Below, one piece after another: positions 1 to 14,034 of a stretch of 64,000 nucleotides of DNA; within the stretch, counting starts at the first letter, position 1, and each line of letters begins with the position of its first letter. The translations under genes and the position numbers were made by a program. The notes under the pieces are model-generated. The model ran no database searches, was not told the DNA's origin, and was given only the letters and a program-made list of their open reading frames with translations. This DNA is from the human T2T-CHM13v2.0 reference genome, Homo sapiens, in assembly GCF_009914755.1 (NCBI RefSeq), contig NC_060944.1; one strand, given 5' to 3'.

Positions 1-367
<367 letters not shown>

Positions 368-772
368 AATTTTTTTTTAAAAGAAAAGAGACAATCATGT
401 GATGGTTGCCAGAATGGCCTCCAGAGAGGGCCTCCCTAGGCTGAATCCTGGCTCTGCCTCATCCTTGCCGTATGAGTCTGGGCCAAGGACCTTGCCTCTT
501 TGAGCCTCAGTTTTTACATCTGCAAAGTGGGGGTCATAATTGTCCCTGTCTTATTGGCTTGTTGTGAGGATTAAATGACTTTATATTGGAGAACAGGGCC
601 CAGCATGTCAAAAGTACTTTCTGTTTGTTAAATACAATGAAAAAGGGTGAGGACATGCAGAAGCAAGATTAATCCTTTTTCAATCTCTTCCAGTCCTGAT
701 TCCTGCAAGGAGAGTCAGGGTTGGTGGGGATGTGTATCTCTAACACCAGCCCAATCTGGAGGAAGTTAGTAA

Positions 773-1180
<408 letters not shown>

Positions 1181-1283
1181 TAAAACAAAAGCAAATAGAT
1201 TTAGAAATTCAAGGGCCATGGTCCCTGAGGTAATGGCAAGCCCTCCTGTCCCAAATGGCCCAAATTGTGCAGGTGGTCACTGA

Positions 1284-1614
<331 letters not shown>

Positions 1615-1759
1615 AGAAACCTGTTTCTAAGCTCAGCACAGGGAATAGCTCCTTTTTCAAGTTATGTCCTGATCCGGATCACTTCTTTCTACCCGTGTGC
1701 AATCCACCAAGCATCACCTGGGGCTCTGGTGACAGCAGCATCCCCTTCACCTTCTTTCT

Positions 1760-2350
1760 CTTCCTGCTCCACTCGGCAGCCAGAGCCAGACCATGTCCTT
1801 CCTCTGCTCAAAGCCTCACAAGGCTCCCAGCTCACTTGGAGAAAAAGCCGAAGTCCTCACCCAGCTATGAGGCCCCTCCCAAGCTGATGACCCTCACCCC
1901 TCCTCACCCCTCCAGCCTCGTCACCTGCCCAGCCACAGCCCTTCTCCCACCTCCACTGACCCCACCACACTGGCCTCCTTGCTGCTTCTTGAACACTCAC
2001 TCTGTGCAGGCTCCAGCTCAGGACTTTTGCATATGCTGTTCCCTCTGCCTGGAACACATCCCTCTGACACCCACAGGGCATTTTTCCTCTCATTGCCCAG
2101 GTCAATGCCCCCTCTCAGAGAGGCCCATCCACCTTACCTAAATATTTCCTAGCTCATTCTTCCTCCCTCCCCTGCTTTTCCCTCAGAGCATATATCACTA
2201 CCAGACATCACATTTTACCTTTGATACATATGTTGTGTGTGTCATCGCCTGTCTCCCAGAGTGGACTTCAAGAGGACAGAAGTTTGCGTCTGTTTTGTAC
2301 TCTGATGGCTCCAGTGCCTGGAATGGTACTGATTTGCAGAATGAATGTCC
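1760..2350 (-). mobile_element. L2 3' fragment
   Basis: Typical L2 text (ctggcctccttgctg... gctgttccctctgcctggaac ... cagtgcctgg ... gaatgaatg). Confidence 0.7.
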
Positions 2351-3005
2351 AGGGGTGTGTGTGAAGGGTGGAGGGCAGTCACTCCCAGCCCTGCCCAGCC
2401 TCACTGTGGCCCCTCAGTCCCCTCTCCGGATATAGCTTTTCTCTCTGCCTGCCCCACCCTCTGACCCTCAAGGGCAGGCCAGGGCAGCAAGCTTGTCCCT
2501 TAGGAGGGAGGTTTCCAGCTGCAGGGCAGACCTTCCTCCTATACCTCCATCCCAGGTAAGCCCAACTGGAGCTGCCCTCTCGTGGAGGGTACTCCAAGGA
2601 TGAAGGGCCTTAGGGGAAGAGCCACCCTGAATGTCTCTGGGCAGCCAGGAACCTGCTCACAGCCTCCGCGACCTCATCGGGAAAGAGGCAAGACTCATGA
2701 GAGTGAATGGCCCACGGGGAGTTACTATGCTTGTCCCCTTTTACAGATGAGAAAACTGAGGCTCAGAGAGGTGAATCTGTCTCTAGGGCAGCTGGAGCCT
2801 CTGTCCCCTCCTCTGTAAAATGAGGAGAATAACTCCTCCCTCCTAAGGTTACCTTGAGGATTAAATGAGCTAAATAAAGCCTTTAAACACAGAGCTGTGT
2901 CTGGCACATAGGAGGTGCTCAATAAATGTTGGGTACTCTTGTTGTTCTGACAGGTGAACTAACTTTCCAAGGTCTCACAGTTAGTAAGTAACACAAACAA
3001 ATTCA

Positions 3006-3345
<340 letters not shown>

Positions 3346-3606
3346 GACTCCTGTGCACAACCACAAAATAATAACAATAACAGCGACGACAACAGCAACA
3401 ACACCTCCGAGCAGTAACAGCATTTTCCACTGCAGACGGCGGCGCTGAGGGTACAGGGATAAGATCATCCGGTGACAGGGATCATCATCCCTGCCTGGCA
3501 TAGAAACCCGGACATCGGACCCTGCCCTCCCGCTGCTTCCGCAGGGACAGGGGGCAGCCAGCAGAGCCTCCCTCTGGGGGTGCCCCCCAATCTGGTTGCC
3601 TGGGAC

Positions 3607-4709
3607 GGGGGCCCAGCGGGGGTGGAGTTGCCTGGGGGGGGGGCCCAGCGGGGGTGGAGTTGCCTGGGGGGGGAGGCCCAGCGGGGGTGGAGTTGCCTGG
3701 GGGGTGGAGGCCCAGCGGGGGTGGAGTTGCCTGGGGGGGGGTGCCCAGCGGGGGTGGAGTTGCCTGGGGGGGGCCCAGCGGGGGTGGAGTTGCCTGTGGG
3801 GGGAGGCCCAGCGGGGGTGGAGTTGCCTGGGGGGGGCCCAGCGGGGGTGGGGTTGCCTGGGGGGGGAGGCCCAGCGGGGGTGGAGTTGCCTGGGGGGGGG
3901 AGGCCCAGCGGGGGTGGAGTTGCCTGGGGGGGGGTGCCCAGCGGGGGTGGAGTTGCCTGGGGGGGGGCCCAGCGGGGGTGGAGTTGCCTGGGGGGGGCCC
4001 AGCGGGGGTGGGGTTGCCTGGGGGGGGCCCAGCGGGGGTGGGGTTGCCTGGGGGGGGAGGCCCAGCGGGGGTGGAGTTGCCTGGGGGGGGGAGGCCCAGC
4101 GGGGGTGGAGTTGCCTGGGGAGGGGTGCCCAGCGGGGGTGGAGTTGCCTGGGGGGGGCCCAGCGGGGGTGGAGTTGCCTGTGGGGGGAGGCCCAGCGGGG
4201 GTGGAGTTGCCTGGGGGGGGGCCCAGCGGGGATGGGGTTGCCTGGGGGGGGGCCCAGCGGGGGTGGGGTTGCCTGGGGGGGGGCCCAGCGGGGGTGGAGT
4301 TGCCTGGGGGGGGGCCCAGCGGGGGTGGAGTTGCCTGGGGGGGGGCCCAGCGGGGGTGGAGTTGCCTGTGGGGGGGGGCCCAGCGGGGGTGGAGTTGCCT
4401 GGGGGGGGGCCCAGCGGGGGTGGAGTTGCCTGGGGGGGGGCCCAGCGGGGGTGGAGTTGCCTGTGGTGGGGGGCCCAGCGGGGGTGGAGTTGCCTGTGGG
4501 GGGGCCCAGCGGGGGTGGAGTTGCCTGTGGGGGGGGGCCCAGCAGGGGTGGAGTTGCCTGGGGGGGGGCCCAGCGGGGGTGGAGTTGCCTGGGGGGGGGC
4601 CCAGCGGGGGTGGAGTTGCCTGTGGGGGGGGGCCCAGCGGGGGTGGAGTTGCCTGGGGGGGGCCCAGCGGGGGTGGAGTTGCCTGGGGGGGGCCCAGCGG
4701 GGGTGGAGC
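3607..4709 (+). repeat. G-rich minisatellite (VNTR), 35 units of ~30-34 bp, consensus GGCCCAGCGGGGGTGGAGTTGCCT(G)n
   Basis: 35 occurrences of CCCAGC counted; variable G-run and GAGG/GTG/TGTG variants. Confidence 0.97.
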
Positions 4710-5075
4710 ACCCTGGACGGCCCCGCGGAGCCCCCTGCGGGAGGCGAGGGCGGCCCTCGGGCTCTGGAAGGGGCCGCGCGGCCTGGAAGACATTACACGG
4801 CTGTCGGGCGGGGGGCGGCGCTCGCAGTTCCGGAGGGGGGTCCCGGCGGCGGACGCGCGGGGTGAGGGGACCGCCCGGCCACAGAGCGCGCTTTGTTCTG
4901 CGCCGCCCCCGGGAGCTGGAACCAATGGATTGGCGGCAGCTGAGGTCATCTGTCAGGCGGAGCCGGGGGGTCAGGCCCGGGGAAGGGGCCGCGAGGGAGG
5001 GCGGCGCGCGTGGGCCGGCGGGGTGCGGGTGGACGAGCCGGGGGCCCTGCGGCAGGTGGCTACGCTGCTTCGGTC
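4710..5075. promoter_or_regulatory. Orphan CpG island with dense TF-motif core
   Basis: CpG-rich; CTTTGTT 4891, CCAAT-GG-ATTGG 4922-4933, CAGCTG 4937, TGAGGTCA 4941, CATCTG 4947, CTGTCA 4950. Confidence 0.7.
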
Positions 5076-6251
5076 CTCAGTTTACCCGTCTGTCCAACAG
5101 GAAAGATCATTTCTGCCCTGTCCACCTCTGGGGGCTAATGTGAGAGTTAAAGTAGGGGAGCTACAGTGATGATGATGATGACGACGGAGGATGACAGCCT
5201 TCCCCTAATCGCAGTCTCTACTTCGGGTACCATAGAAGTGCTAAGTCAGGGGCTGGACGCAAATGTGCTTTGTAGCCTATAGTGCGTGCCTGTGTGGGAA
5301 GCGGGATGGATGTTTCACCCCACCCTCTTTCAGCCCAGGGAAGTCAGTGGCTCCCCCTGATTGCCTGCCTTGACCCTGGGTGCCAGGCTTGGTCTGCCTT
5401 CTCCAGGGGTGATAGGTGCAGCTGCCCAAGCCTGAGCCCAGGAACCCATTGCAGCCTGTCCTTGGAGCCTTCTGGTCCAGGGTAGGGCGGGACTGGAGTG
5501 ACCCAGATAGGTGGGGTTTTTTTTTCTGACTGGGGGTAGGTCAGGGTCTCAAGGCTCTCCTTTGCCTCCTACAAAAGGACAGCCCTTTCTTTCATCAATT
5601 CACTCATTCATTCATTCACACTGCCACCTGCCTGTGCCTCACAGTTCCCATCCATGAGATAATGAGGCTTCTAAACATTTGATACAGGGTCCCCCAGGGA
5701 AGGAGATCATCAAATACAGGGAGGCCCAGAAACGGCCCAAAATGCGTGTGTGTGTATTTTTGGGGAAAGGACTCATGGCTTTCTTGTGTTCTCAACCACG
5801 TTCATGATCCCAAACAAGGCTAAGAAGTACTGGTTGGAGTGCAGGGAAGGCAAATAGGCTCCCAAACTCCACCGGAGAGGGTGGCACTTGGAACAACCAC
5901 TTTGGAGAGCAATTTGCCAGGGTCTTAGAAGATGGAAATGGGCGTATGCATCAGCCAGGCAGCTCCACTCCTGGGTATACAGTTGAAAGAGCAGGGTGAT
6001 GGCGGGGGCCGTTCGCAGCCGCAAATAACTGTAAGCCCCCATGCTTCCATGAACATGATCACGACTAACAAACGGCTACATTCACAGCCTGGAACACCAC
6101 GCAGCGGTGAAAAAGAATGAGATAGACTCAGCTGGAATTTATTCATTTGACAGATATTGATTAACACTACTATCTTTTAGGCACTGTTCTTAGCACTGAA
6201 CCTACAGTGATAAACAAGACAGATTGAGTCCTGCCTTAAGAACGTACATTT

Positions 6252-6557
6252 GGCCAGGCACGGTGGCTCACACCTGTAATCCCAGCACTTTGGGAGGCCA
6301 ATATGGGAGGACTGCTTGAGGCCGGGAGTTGAAAATCAGCCTGATAAACATTGTGAGACCTCATCTCTACAAAAGAAAAATAAAAAATTAGCTGGGTGTG
6401 GTGACACACACCTGTAATCCCAGCTACTCAGGAGGCTAAGTGGGAGGATTGCTTGAACCCAGAAGTTGGAGGCTGCAGTGAGCCACGATGGTGCCACTGC
6501 ATACTCCAGCCTGGGTGGTAGAGCAAGATCCTGTCTTAAAAAAAAAAACAAAAAAAG
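6252..6557 (+). mobile_element. AluJ within an L2 fragment
   Basis: Alu consensus; L2-like flanks. Confidence 0.88.
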
Positions 6558-7017
6558 CAGACACAGAAGAAAATTTGGGAGAGTGTGACAAATGCCATGA
6601 AGAAAATAAAACTGGATAAAGGGACGGAATGATGGGGGAGGGGGCTGTTTTAGACGCTATGGTTGGGAAGGCCCCTGAAGAAGTGACATTTGGGCACAGA
6701 CCAGAATGAGGGAGACTGGGAGACAGGCACGCACGAATGGGATGGACGGCTGGGGCACAGTGCCAAGGGAGAAAAGCAATCCACAAAACAGCGCAAAAAA
6801 AGAAAACATTTTTTACTTAAACGCACATTCATTACTATTAAATTAGATAAGAGTCTGGGAGGCTCTATGCCAAATTCATAAAGGTAACTGTCCCAAGAGG
6901 GCAAAGGAATAATCAGGACTAGGTTTTGTGGTGGGCTTCCGCTTGCCTCTAATACTTTAAATTTCTAATATTTAATTATTTAACATTTTAATATTTTAAT
7001 GTTTAAACGGTAAATAT

Positions 7018-7500
7018 GGCTGAATGCAGTGGCTCATGCCTGTAATATCATACTTTGGGAGGCCAAGGCGGGAGGATCACTTGAGGCCAGGAGTTGGAGA
7101 CCAACCACCCCAGGCAACAGAGCAAGACCTGGTCTCTATAAAACGTTAAAAACAAAATTAGCTGGGTGTGGTGGTGCCTGTAGTCCTAGCTACTCGGGAG
7201 GCTGAGGCAGGAGGATGGCTTGAGCCCAGGAGTTTGAGGTTGCAGTGAGCTATAATCAGAACATTGCGTGCCAGCTTTGGTAACAGAGCAAAACCCCATC
7301 ACAAACAAACGAACAAACACATTTTAAAAAGTAAATATACTTATATAAAACTTGTGAAATGGCTGGGCATGGTGGCTCACACCTGTAATCCCAGTGCCTC
7401 GGGAGGCCGAGGCGGACAGATCACCTGAGGCCAAGAGTTCAAGGTCAGCCTGGCCAACATGGTGAAACCCCATTTCTACTAAAACAACAACAACAAAAAG
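7018..7500 (+). mobile_element. AluJ (7018-7320) and Alu left monomer (7361-7500)
   Basis: Alu consensus. Confidence 0.85.
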
Positions 7501-7940
7501 CCTTGTGAAATGAAAACAAAAAAAAAAAAAAAAAGGAAATTTAAATCTACCACGGTCAAGTGGGTGGGTTCCAGGGCGGTGAAGGCACATACTGCCTTTC
7601 ACTGGAGCCAAGTTCCTGGGGGCAGAGGTTTTTTTGGGGAGGGACACTGTAGGTCATGGTAGCCCAGCCAGTAGGAGCCCAGAAGCTTCTTGGAGGAGGT
7701 ACCACCTTTGCTGAGCCTGAGATTCTCTGGCCCAGCACCCCCAGTATAGACAGGAATGGGTAGACATGTGCGCAAGGTTACAGAACAAGAGCTGATAAAT
7801 AGAACCTGAACTCCAGACTCATCCCGGCTGAACCCGGGTTAACTATCCCGCCTCTTTCAGCCCTGCGCGTGCATCCAGCCCCTTCCCACAGCTGTAGCTC
7901 TTGCAGGCCAGAGGGACGGCCCTGCCGCGGGGGCCGGAGA

Positions 7941-7958
7941 GCAGCGCCACCTGCTGCT
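7941..7958 (-). promoter_or_regulatory. CTCF-like motif
   Basis: Minus strand GCAGCAGGTGGCGCTGC, one mismatch to CCAGCAGGTGGCGC; locally CpG-enriched; ETS ACTTCCGG at 7975-7982. Confidence 0.55.
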
Positions 7959-8404
7959 GTAAGAGGGAAACGCAACTTCCGGCTACCAGCAGGTTACACC
8001 CTTTAAAACCCAGCTCCTCTTCCTTAAATGATCAAGCAGTACCCCTCTACTCCGAATCTGTTCTGCACCTCCTTCGCAGTGCCTGGCAGGGCCCTTAGCG
8101 CTGTCTGGTTGGGTCTTCTCTGCAAGAAGGAAAAGTTGTTTCAGGAGGGGGCGACCATCTTCACTCTCATTCCAGCCCAGCGGGCACAGGAGGAGTTTAC
8201 TCACAGAAGACAGGGGCACCTCACCTTCGCTACAAACCTTAGGGGTACACAATCCATTTGACAGCCTGGAAGAAGTCCCCAGGGAAGGGACAGAACCGCC
8301 CAAGGTCACACAGTTAATGAGTAGACAAGCTGGGGGGAATGAGTAGACTCATTCCACTGGGGATGGAAGTGGGGAAGTCACCGTATTTGAAAATAACTGA
8401 CGCA

Positions 8405-8870
8405 GTTATTAGCAGCTCTTAGCATGTGGTCCCTGAACAGCAGCATCAGCAACATCTGGGAACTTGTTAGAAAAGCAAATTATCAGGCCCTGCCCCAACT
8501 CGCCTCAATCAGAAACTCTGGGGGGCCGGGGGCAGTGGCCATGTCTGTAATCCCAGCACTTTGGGAAGCTGAGGCGGGAGAATCGCTTGTGCCCAGGAGT
8601 TTAGGACCAGCCCAGAGAACACAGCAAAACCCTGTCTCTACAAAAAAATGAGAAGGGCGCACCTGTAGTCCCAGCTACTCAGGAGGTTGACGTGGGAGGA
8701 TCACTTAAGCCCCGGGAGGTCAAGGCTGCAGTGAGTCATGATCGTGCCACTGCACTCCAGCCTGGGTGACAGGGCATGACCCTGTCTCAAAAAAAAAAAG
8801 AAAGTGGGGGTGGGGCCCAGCAATCTGGTATTTAGCAAACAAGCTTGAGACCCTGAACCATTGGTCTAAA
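8405..8870 (+). mobile_element. MER5A-type DNA transposon interrupted by AluJ (8525-8800)
   Basis: cagcagcatcagcaacatctgggaacttgttagaa...gaaactctggggg [Alu] gtggggcccagcaatctg. Confidence 0.75.
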
Positions 8871-8888
8871 GGAATTGCACACCCCCCC

Positions 8889-9150
8889 TTTTTTTTTTTA
8901 AATTAAATAAACTTTTATTTTGGAATGATACTAGATTTACAGAGAAGTTGCAGAGATAGTACAAAGAGTTCCTGTATACCCTTCACCCAGCCTACCCCAA
9001 GGTCAACATCTTACATCACCATGGTACATCTGTCAAAACCAAGAGACTGAAATTGGTATATTAACTAAAATTCAGACTTTTTTCAGATTTCCAATTTTCC
9101 CACTAATGTCCTGTTTTTGTTCCAAGACCCAATCCAGGATGCCACATTGC
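8889..9150 (-). mobile_element. Old L1 (L1MB/MC-type) 3' end
   Basis: T-tract followed by ttttattttggaa...gatttacagagaagttgca...cccttcacccag, characteristic of an L1M 3'UTR. Confidence 0.7.
8914..8919 (-). terminator. Polyadenylation signal AATAAA (SRXN1 distal)
   Basis: Plus-strand TTTATT about 2.1 kb downstream of the SRXN1 stop, inside an L1 3' end. Confidence 0.65.
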
Positions 9151-9611
9151 ACTGAAGACACTCTCCCTTTTCAATTCTATTACTGGTCACCTCAGTCAAC
9201 TTTCCCGGGGAAAGAGAATGCATGGGAAAAGCTCTTGTCCTTATTATTGAACTGGAGAAACTGAGGCTTAAAAGTGCCGAGTGACCAAGTTCCCTTAGAG
9301 GGCAGTGAGAACAAGGCCTGCCTTACTCTGTTCCCTTTCCCCAGGGACTCTTGGTTTTCAGAAGCCCCTCTGGAATGTCCTACCTGGCCTAACCCCATAC
9401 CAGCAGTGCAGACAAGGAGGCACTCCTACTACAGTGGGTCCAGCCCATGGAGAGACTCACTTCCTGCCCCAACACCTCTTCCCCTAGACCCTGAGGGCCA
9501 GGACAATGTCTTAGTGCCTTCCAACTTGGCAGAGTGAGGCCCCATGAGACAGAGAGAAAGGGGGAAGAGGGAAATACCTTTATCCAAATAAATACCCATC
9601 CAAAATTATTT

Positions 9612-10120
9612 GTGATAGGTGAAAAATGGCCACAAGCTCTTTGTGGTTCCCCTCATCAAGACATGTAGTCTGTTTCTCATCCCTTGAATCTGGGTAAAGC
9701 CTTGTGATTTGCTCTGACCAAAAGAACTTAGCAGAAGTGACACTGTCCTAGTCCCAGTTCCAGGCCAAGAACTCAAGAAGTCTTTCAGCTTCTACTCTCA
9801 CTCTCTTTGGAATCCTGAAGCCATCATGTGAATAAGCCTGAGCTAGCCTGCTGGAGAGGCCACATGGAGGAGAACCAAGCAATTCCAGCCAACAGCCTGT
9901 CACCTGCCAGGCAAGTGAGTAAGGCTATCCTAGACCATCCAGGCCCAGCTGAGGTAACAGCTGACCTTAGCTCCATGAGGGATCCCAGGTGTGAGCAGCA
10001 GAACTGCCCTGTTGAGCCCAGCCCAAATTGCCAACCCATAGGATTGTGGGAAAATACAGGGTTTGTTTCTAGCTGCCAAGTTTGGGGATGGTTTGTTACA
10101 CAGCAAAAGCTAACTGGTAC
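9612..10120 (+). mobile_element. MLT1 (MaLR) solo LTR in SRXN1 3'UTR
   Basis: TG...CA ends; cccttgaatctggg, gaactgccc...gagcccagcccaaattgcc, tttgttacacagca...taactg. Confidence 0.8.
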
Positions 10121-10169
10121 ACAATTCTGCATTTCTCTCTTGGTAATGGGATCCCAGTTTTATTGCAGG

Positions 10170-10660
10170 AGGCAGTGTGCCAGTCTCAGTAGATGGAACA
10201 CGATTGGTCTATTCAGCCATGACAATTCTGTTCCCTGCTGTCTTAGCTTTGTTTGCAGCTAGAGGTGCAATGGTAGCTGGCTCGGGCCAAGGGCATCTAA
10301 GTGAAGATATGCAGAGGGAGAGAGCAGGAAACAGACTTCTGACGAGGTTTTACTTTCTGATAGAAGGTGACGGGTCCAGCTAGTTTGGCCCTTCCTCTTC
10401 CTCCACCCCTCCTTCCTTGAACGCAGACATGATTCTTGGGGATACAGCAGCCATCTTGGGACCATGAAGTAACGAGCACTGAGATTAAGGCAAAAGGATC
10501 CAAGACGTGACCCCTACCTTCGTGGAGTTGTTGAACCAATACCATTAGCCACCCATCTCCAGAATCCATGCTATGTGGAAAAACAATCTTCTGTTTGTTT
10601 AAACCACTGCAATCAAGGTTTTCCTTTCCTTGCAGCTGAATGTAGTCCATATAAGAGGTT
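10170..10660 (+). mobile_element. Older MLT1-type LTR fragment in SRXN1 3'UTR
   Basis: gcagccatcttgggaccatga ... tgtttaaaccactg ... ttgcagctgaa. Confidence 0.6.
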
Positions 10661-10987
10661 ACATAGACAAAAATGCAGAGGGATCCTTGTCCTTGGGAAT
10701 TTGGAGCCGGCAGCACGTGGCTCTTCAAGCCCATCTCTGTTCTCCTTCTCGGTAATGCTTCAAGGGTAAGGCCATGATCCTATTGTCACAGAGGTGGGAA
10801 CTGGGGCTCCCACACTGTACAGTGAGTCCAAGGCCTTGTAGCTGGTGAGAGGGGTGCCCAGAGTCAGACCCTCTCGCCAGGTGCAAAGAGAATGCACCCC
10901 TGCTATCCCTTCTGCATGGCCCAGCCTGCTGGAGGCCAGGTGTGTCTTCTGGGCTCTTGAAGGTGGCAGCAGGTGCCAAGGAGGCTG

Positions 10988-11191
10988 CTACTGCAAGTCT
11001 GGTGTGGATGCTCCCAGGTACACCCTTAGGTCTGAGAGAGTGGACTGGACAAGCTTGGCGGGGATGGTCTCTCGCTGCAGTTGCTGGTAGGCCGCGTAGC
11101 GGTGGCAGCCCCCAAAGGAGTAGAAGTAGTCACCTCCCTGGGCCCCTTTGATCCAGAGGACATCGATGGGGGGCACGCTGTCTGGGTCCTC
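10988..11191 (-). CDS. SRXN1: Sulfiredoxin-1, coding exon 2 (aa 71-137, ParB/Srx fold with catalytic FGGCHR motif)
   Basis: Pyrimidine tract + CAG acceptor at 11194-11192; [67 protein letters not shown]; 210+204 nt = 137 aa + stop. Confidence 0.98.
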   Translation of the reverse strand, partial: EDPDSVPPIDVLWIKGAQGGDYFYSFGGCHRYAAYQQLQRETIPAKLVQSTLSDLRVYLGASTPDLQ

Positions 11192-11693
11192 CTGGGGAGA
11201 AGAGGCACAGAGTCAATGGACATGGTACAAGGCTTGAGAGTTTGTAAAGCAGACTTTGTCCACTTGTGCTGAGCTCCTTATAAGGTGATCACACTGGACT
11301 ACTGTGAGAGACAACTGTTAATTATCAGGAATTTTGTGAGCTGTTCGACATCACCTTGTAGCTTGAAAATCAGCCATGGGAGAGTATTTACACCAGAGAA
11401 ATGGACAGATGCTACAAATCAGGGATTTCTCCCACACATGTATCAGCACACCACATGCACACTATCCAGCTGGCCCTGTTGTAGACCCTGGGAATACGGT
11501 ACAGCTGGAATGTGACTGAATCAGGCCCTGGCTTCAAGGGGCTCCAGTCTAGTGGGGCAGATGGAACAAGAAGTAAATATTAGAGTGACAAATGCTATAA
11601 TGACAATAACACAGGTGACAGGACAGAGATGGGGTCCACGAGGCCTCTCTGAGGTAAGAATGAAGCAGAGTACTTGGAAAGATAGAGAAGTGG

Positions 11694-12013
<320 letters not shown>

Positions 12014-13127
12014 TTAAGAGCTCAACTGCCTGGGTTCAAATCTAGCTCTGCTGCTTAACAGCTATGTGATCTTGGGCAATTCATCTTTTTGTGCCTCAGT
12101 TGCCCCATCTATCAAATTGGATGGAGATAACAGATCCATCTCATAGAATTTTTGGGTTAAATGGGTTAATATATATAAAGCACTTCAAACCATGCTTGGC
12201 ACACGGAAAGTGCTCAGTAATGTATGCTGTGTATGACCTGAGGGAAGAACGTTCCATGCAAAGGGAACAGCAAACGCAAAGGACTTGAAACCAGAGCACG
12301 TTCACTGTGTAGGAGGCACAGCAAGGAGTTCACTAGAGTGGACTCCAGGGCTCCAGGAATGGTCAGAAAGGCCAGCAGGAGCCAGATGGTGCAGGTCTGC
12401 TTCTGAGAGCAGTGGGTGGGCCCTGGAGTGTTGGCAACAGGGGAGGGTGACATGATCTGATGCATGTTCTAGAAAGTTGTCACAGGAGAACAGACTTGGC
12501 AGGGTGGACAGGGCACAGGGCTGGAAGGCAGAGGGGAGGCCTCTGCAGGTATTCAGCAGAAGATGCTGGTCTGGATGATGGTGTGGTGGGGACAGGGAGA
12601 GGTAGACAGGTTTGGGACACATTTACGGGGCAGGCCCAAGGGGTCTGGCAGAAGGGGTGAATCCAAGGGCAAGAGAAAAGGGAGAATCTAAGTTGACTTC
12701 CTGTTAGGGGCCCACACAGCCAGGTGGAGAGTAGGTCATCCTCTAAACAGGGAAAGTCTGGGGCAGGACGGGTGCAGGGTAGAGCACTCTGGGGAGACCC
12801 CATTAAGTGTGAGCGGCGTGGAAGGCCTCCTGCTGCTGGTCCACGGGTTCTCTCTCATGATTCCACAAATGATTATTCAGCAGTAAGGTGCAGCAGTCAC
12901 AAGCCTGAGCTCTGGAACCTGGCACACCTGACTTTGGATCTCAGCTCCTCTCCACAGCAGCTGGGGCACACAGCCCTCTGAACACCATTCCTCACCTGTA
13001 AACTGGGAATAAAACATCCTAGAGGGCTGCTGATGAAGAGTCAGTGAGCTGATGACTACCGGGCATTAGTGGAGCACTAAGGAGGGCAGCCGTGCCAGGC
13101 AGGCCTTGTGCCGGGTACTGGAGGCAC

Positions 13128-13600
13128 GATGGTGGATGGCCAGAATGATGGCTCCCAAAGATGTCCACGCCCGAATGCTTCTGAATGTGTTACCTTACAT
13201 GGGAGAAGGGACTTGGCAGACAGAATTAAGGTAAGGATCCTGAGATGCGGAAATTATCCAAGGTTATCTAGATGGGTCGAATGCCATTATCAGGGTCCTT
13301 AAAACTGGAAGAGGAAGTAGAGGAAGAGGTCAGAGTGATGCGATGTGAGAAGGCCTTGGCCTGATGTTGCTGGCTTTGAAGACAGAGGAAGAGGCCATAA
13401 GCCAAGCAGTGTGGGTGGCGTCTGGAAGCTGGGAAAGGCGAGGAAATGGATTCTCCCCTAGAGCCTACAGAAAGTAGTGCAGCCCTGCTTGGTGTTAGCC
13501 CAGTAAGACCCATTTTGGACTTCTGACCATAAATAAACCTGTGTTGTTTTAAGCCATCAACTTTGTGGTAACTTACAGTGGCCCCAGAAAACTAATACAG
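13128..13600 (+). mobile_element. MLT1C/D-type MaLR LTR
   Basis: gaatgtgttaccttacatgg, attctcccctagagcct, ttttggacttctgacc, aaaactaataca. Confidence 0.85.
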
Positions 13601-13645
13601 GTGTATGTAAGCAAAGGCAGAGCTGGTTCTGGCCCTCAGAGCCTA

Positions 13646-14034
<389 letters not shown>

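Larger units (their letters stand above)
8900..10987 (-). other. SRXN1: SRXN1 3'UTR (approximate), largely TE-derived
   Basis: Follows the stop codon; AATAAA on minus strand at 10159-10164 (proximal) and 8914-8919 (distal). 3' end inferred. Confidence 0.7.

Noticed and set aside
3607-4709. CRISPR-like regular repeat
   Set aside because: Tandem units have no unique spacers; eukaryotic DNA; no cas genes.
3465-5169. Five overlapping 400-565 aa ORFs (Gly/Pro-rich)
   Set aside because: Produced by a stop-free minisatellite open in several frames on both strands; no splice or homology support.
8336-8355. GGAATGAGT-AG-ACTCATTCC palindrome (inverted TEAD-like sites)
   Set aside because: 9-bp arms at the end of a MIR-like piece; could easily be chance in 64 kb.
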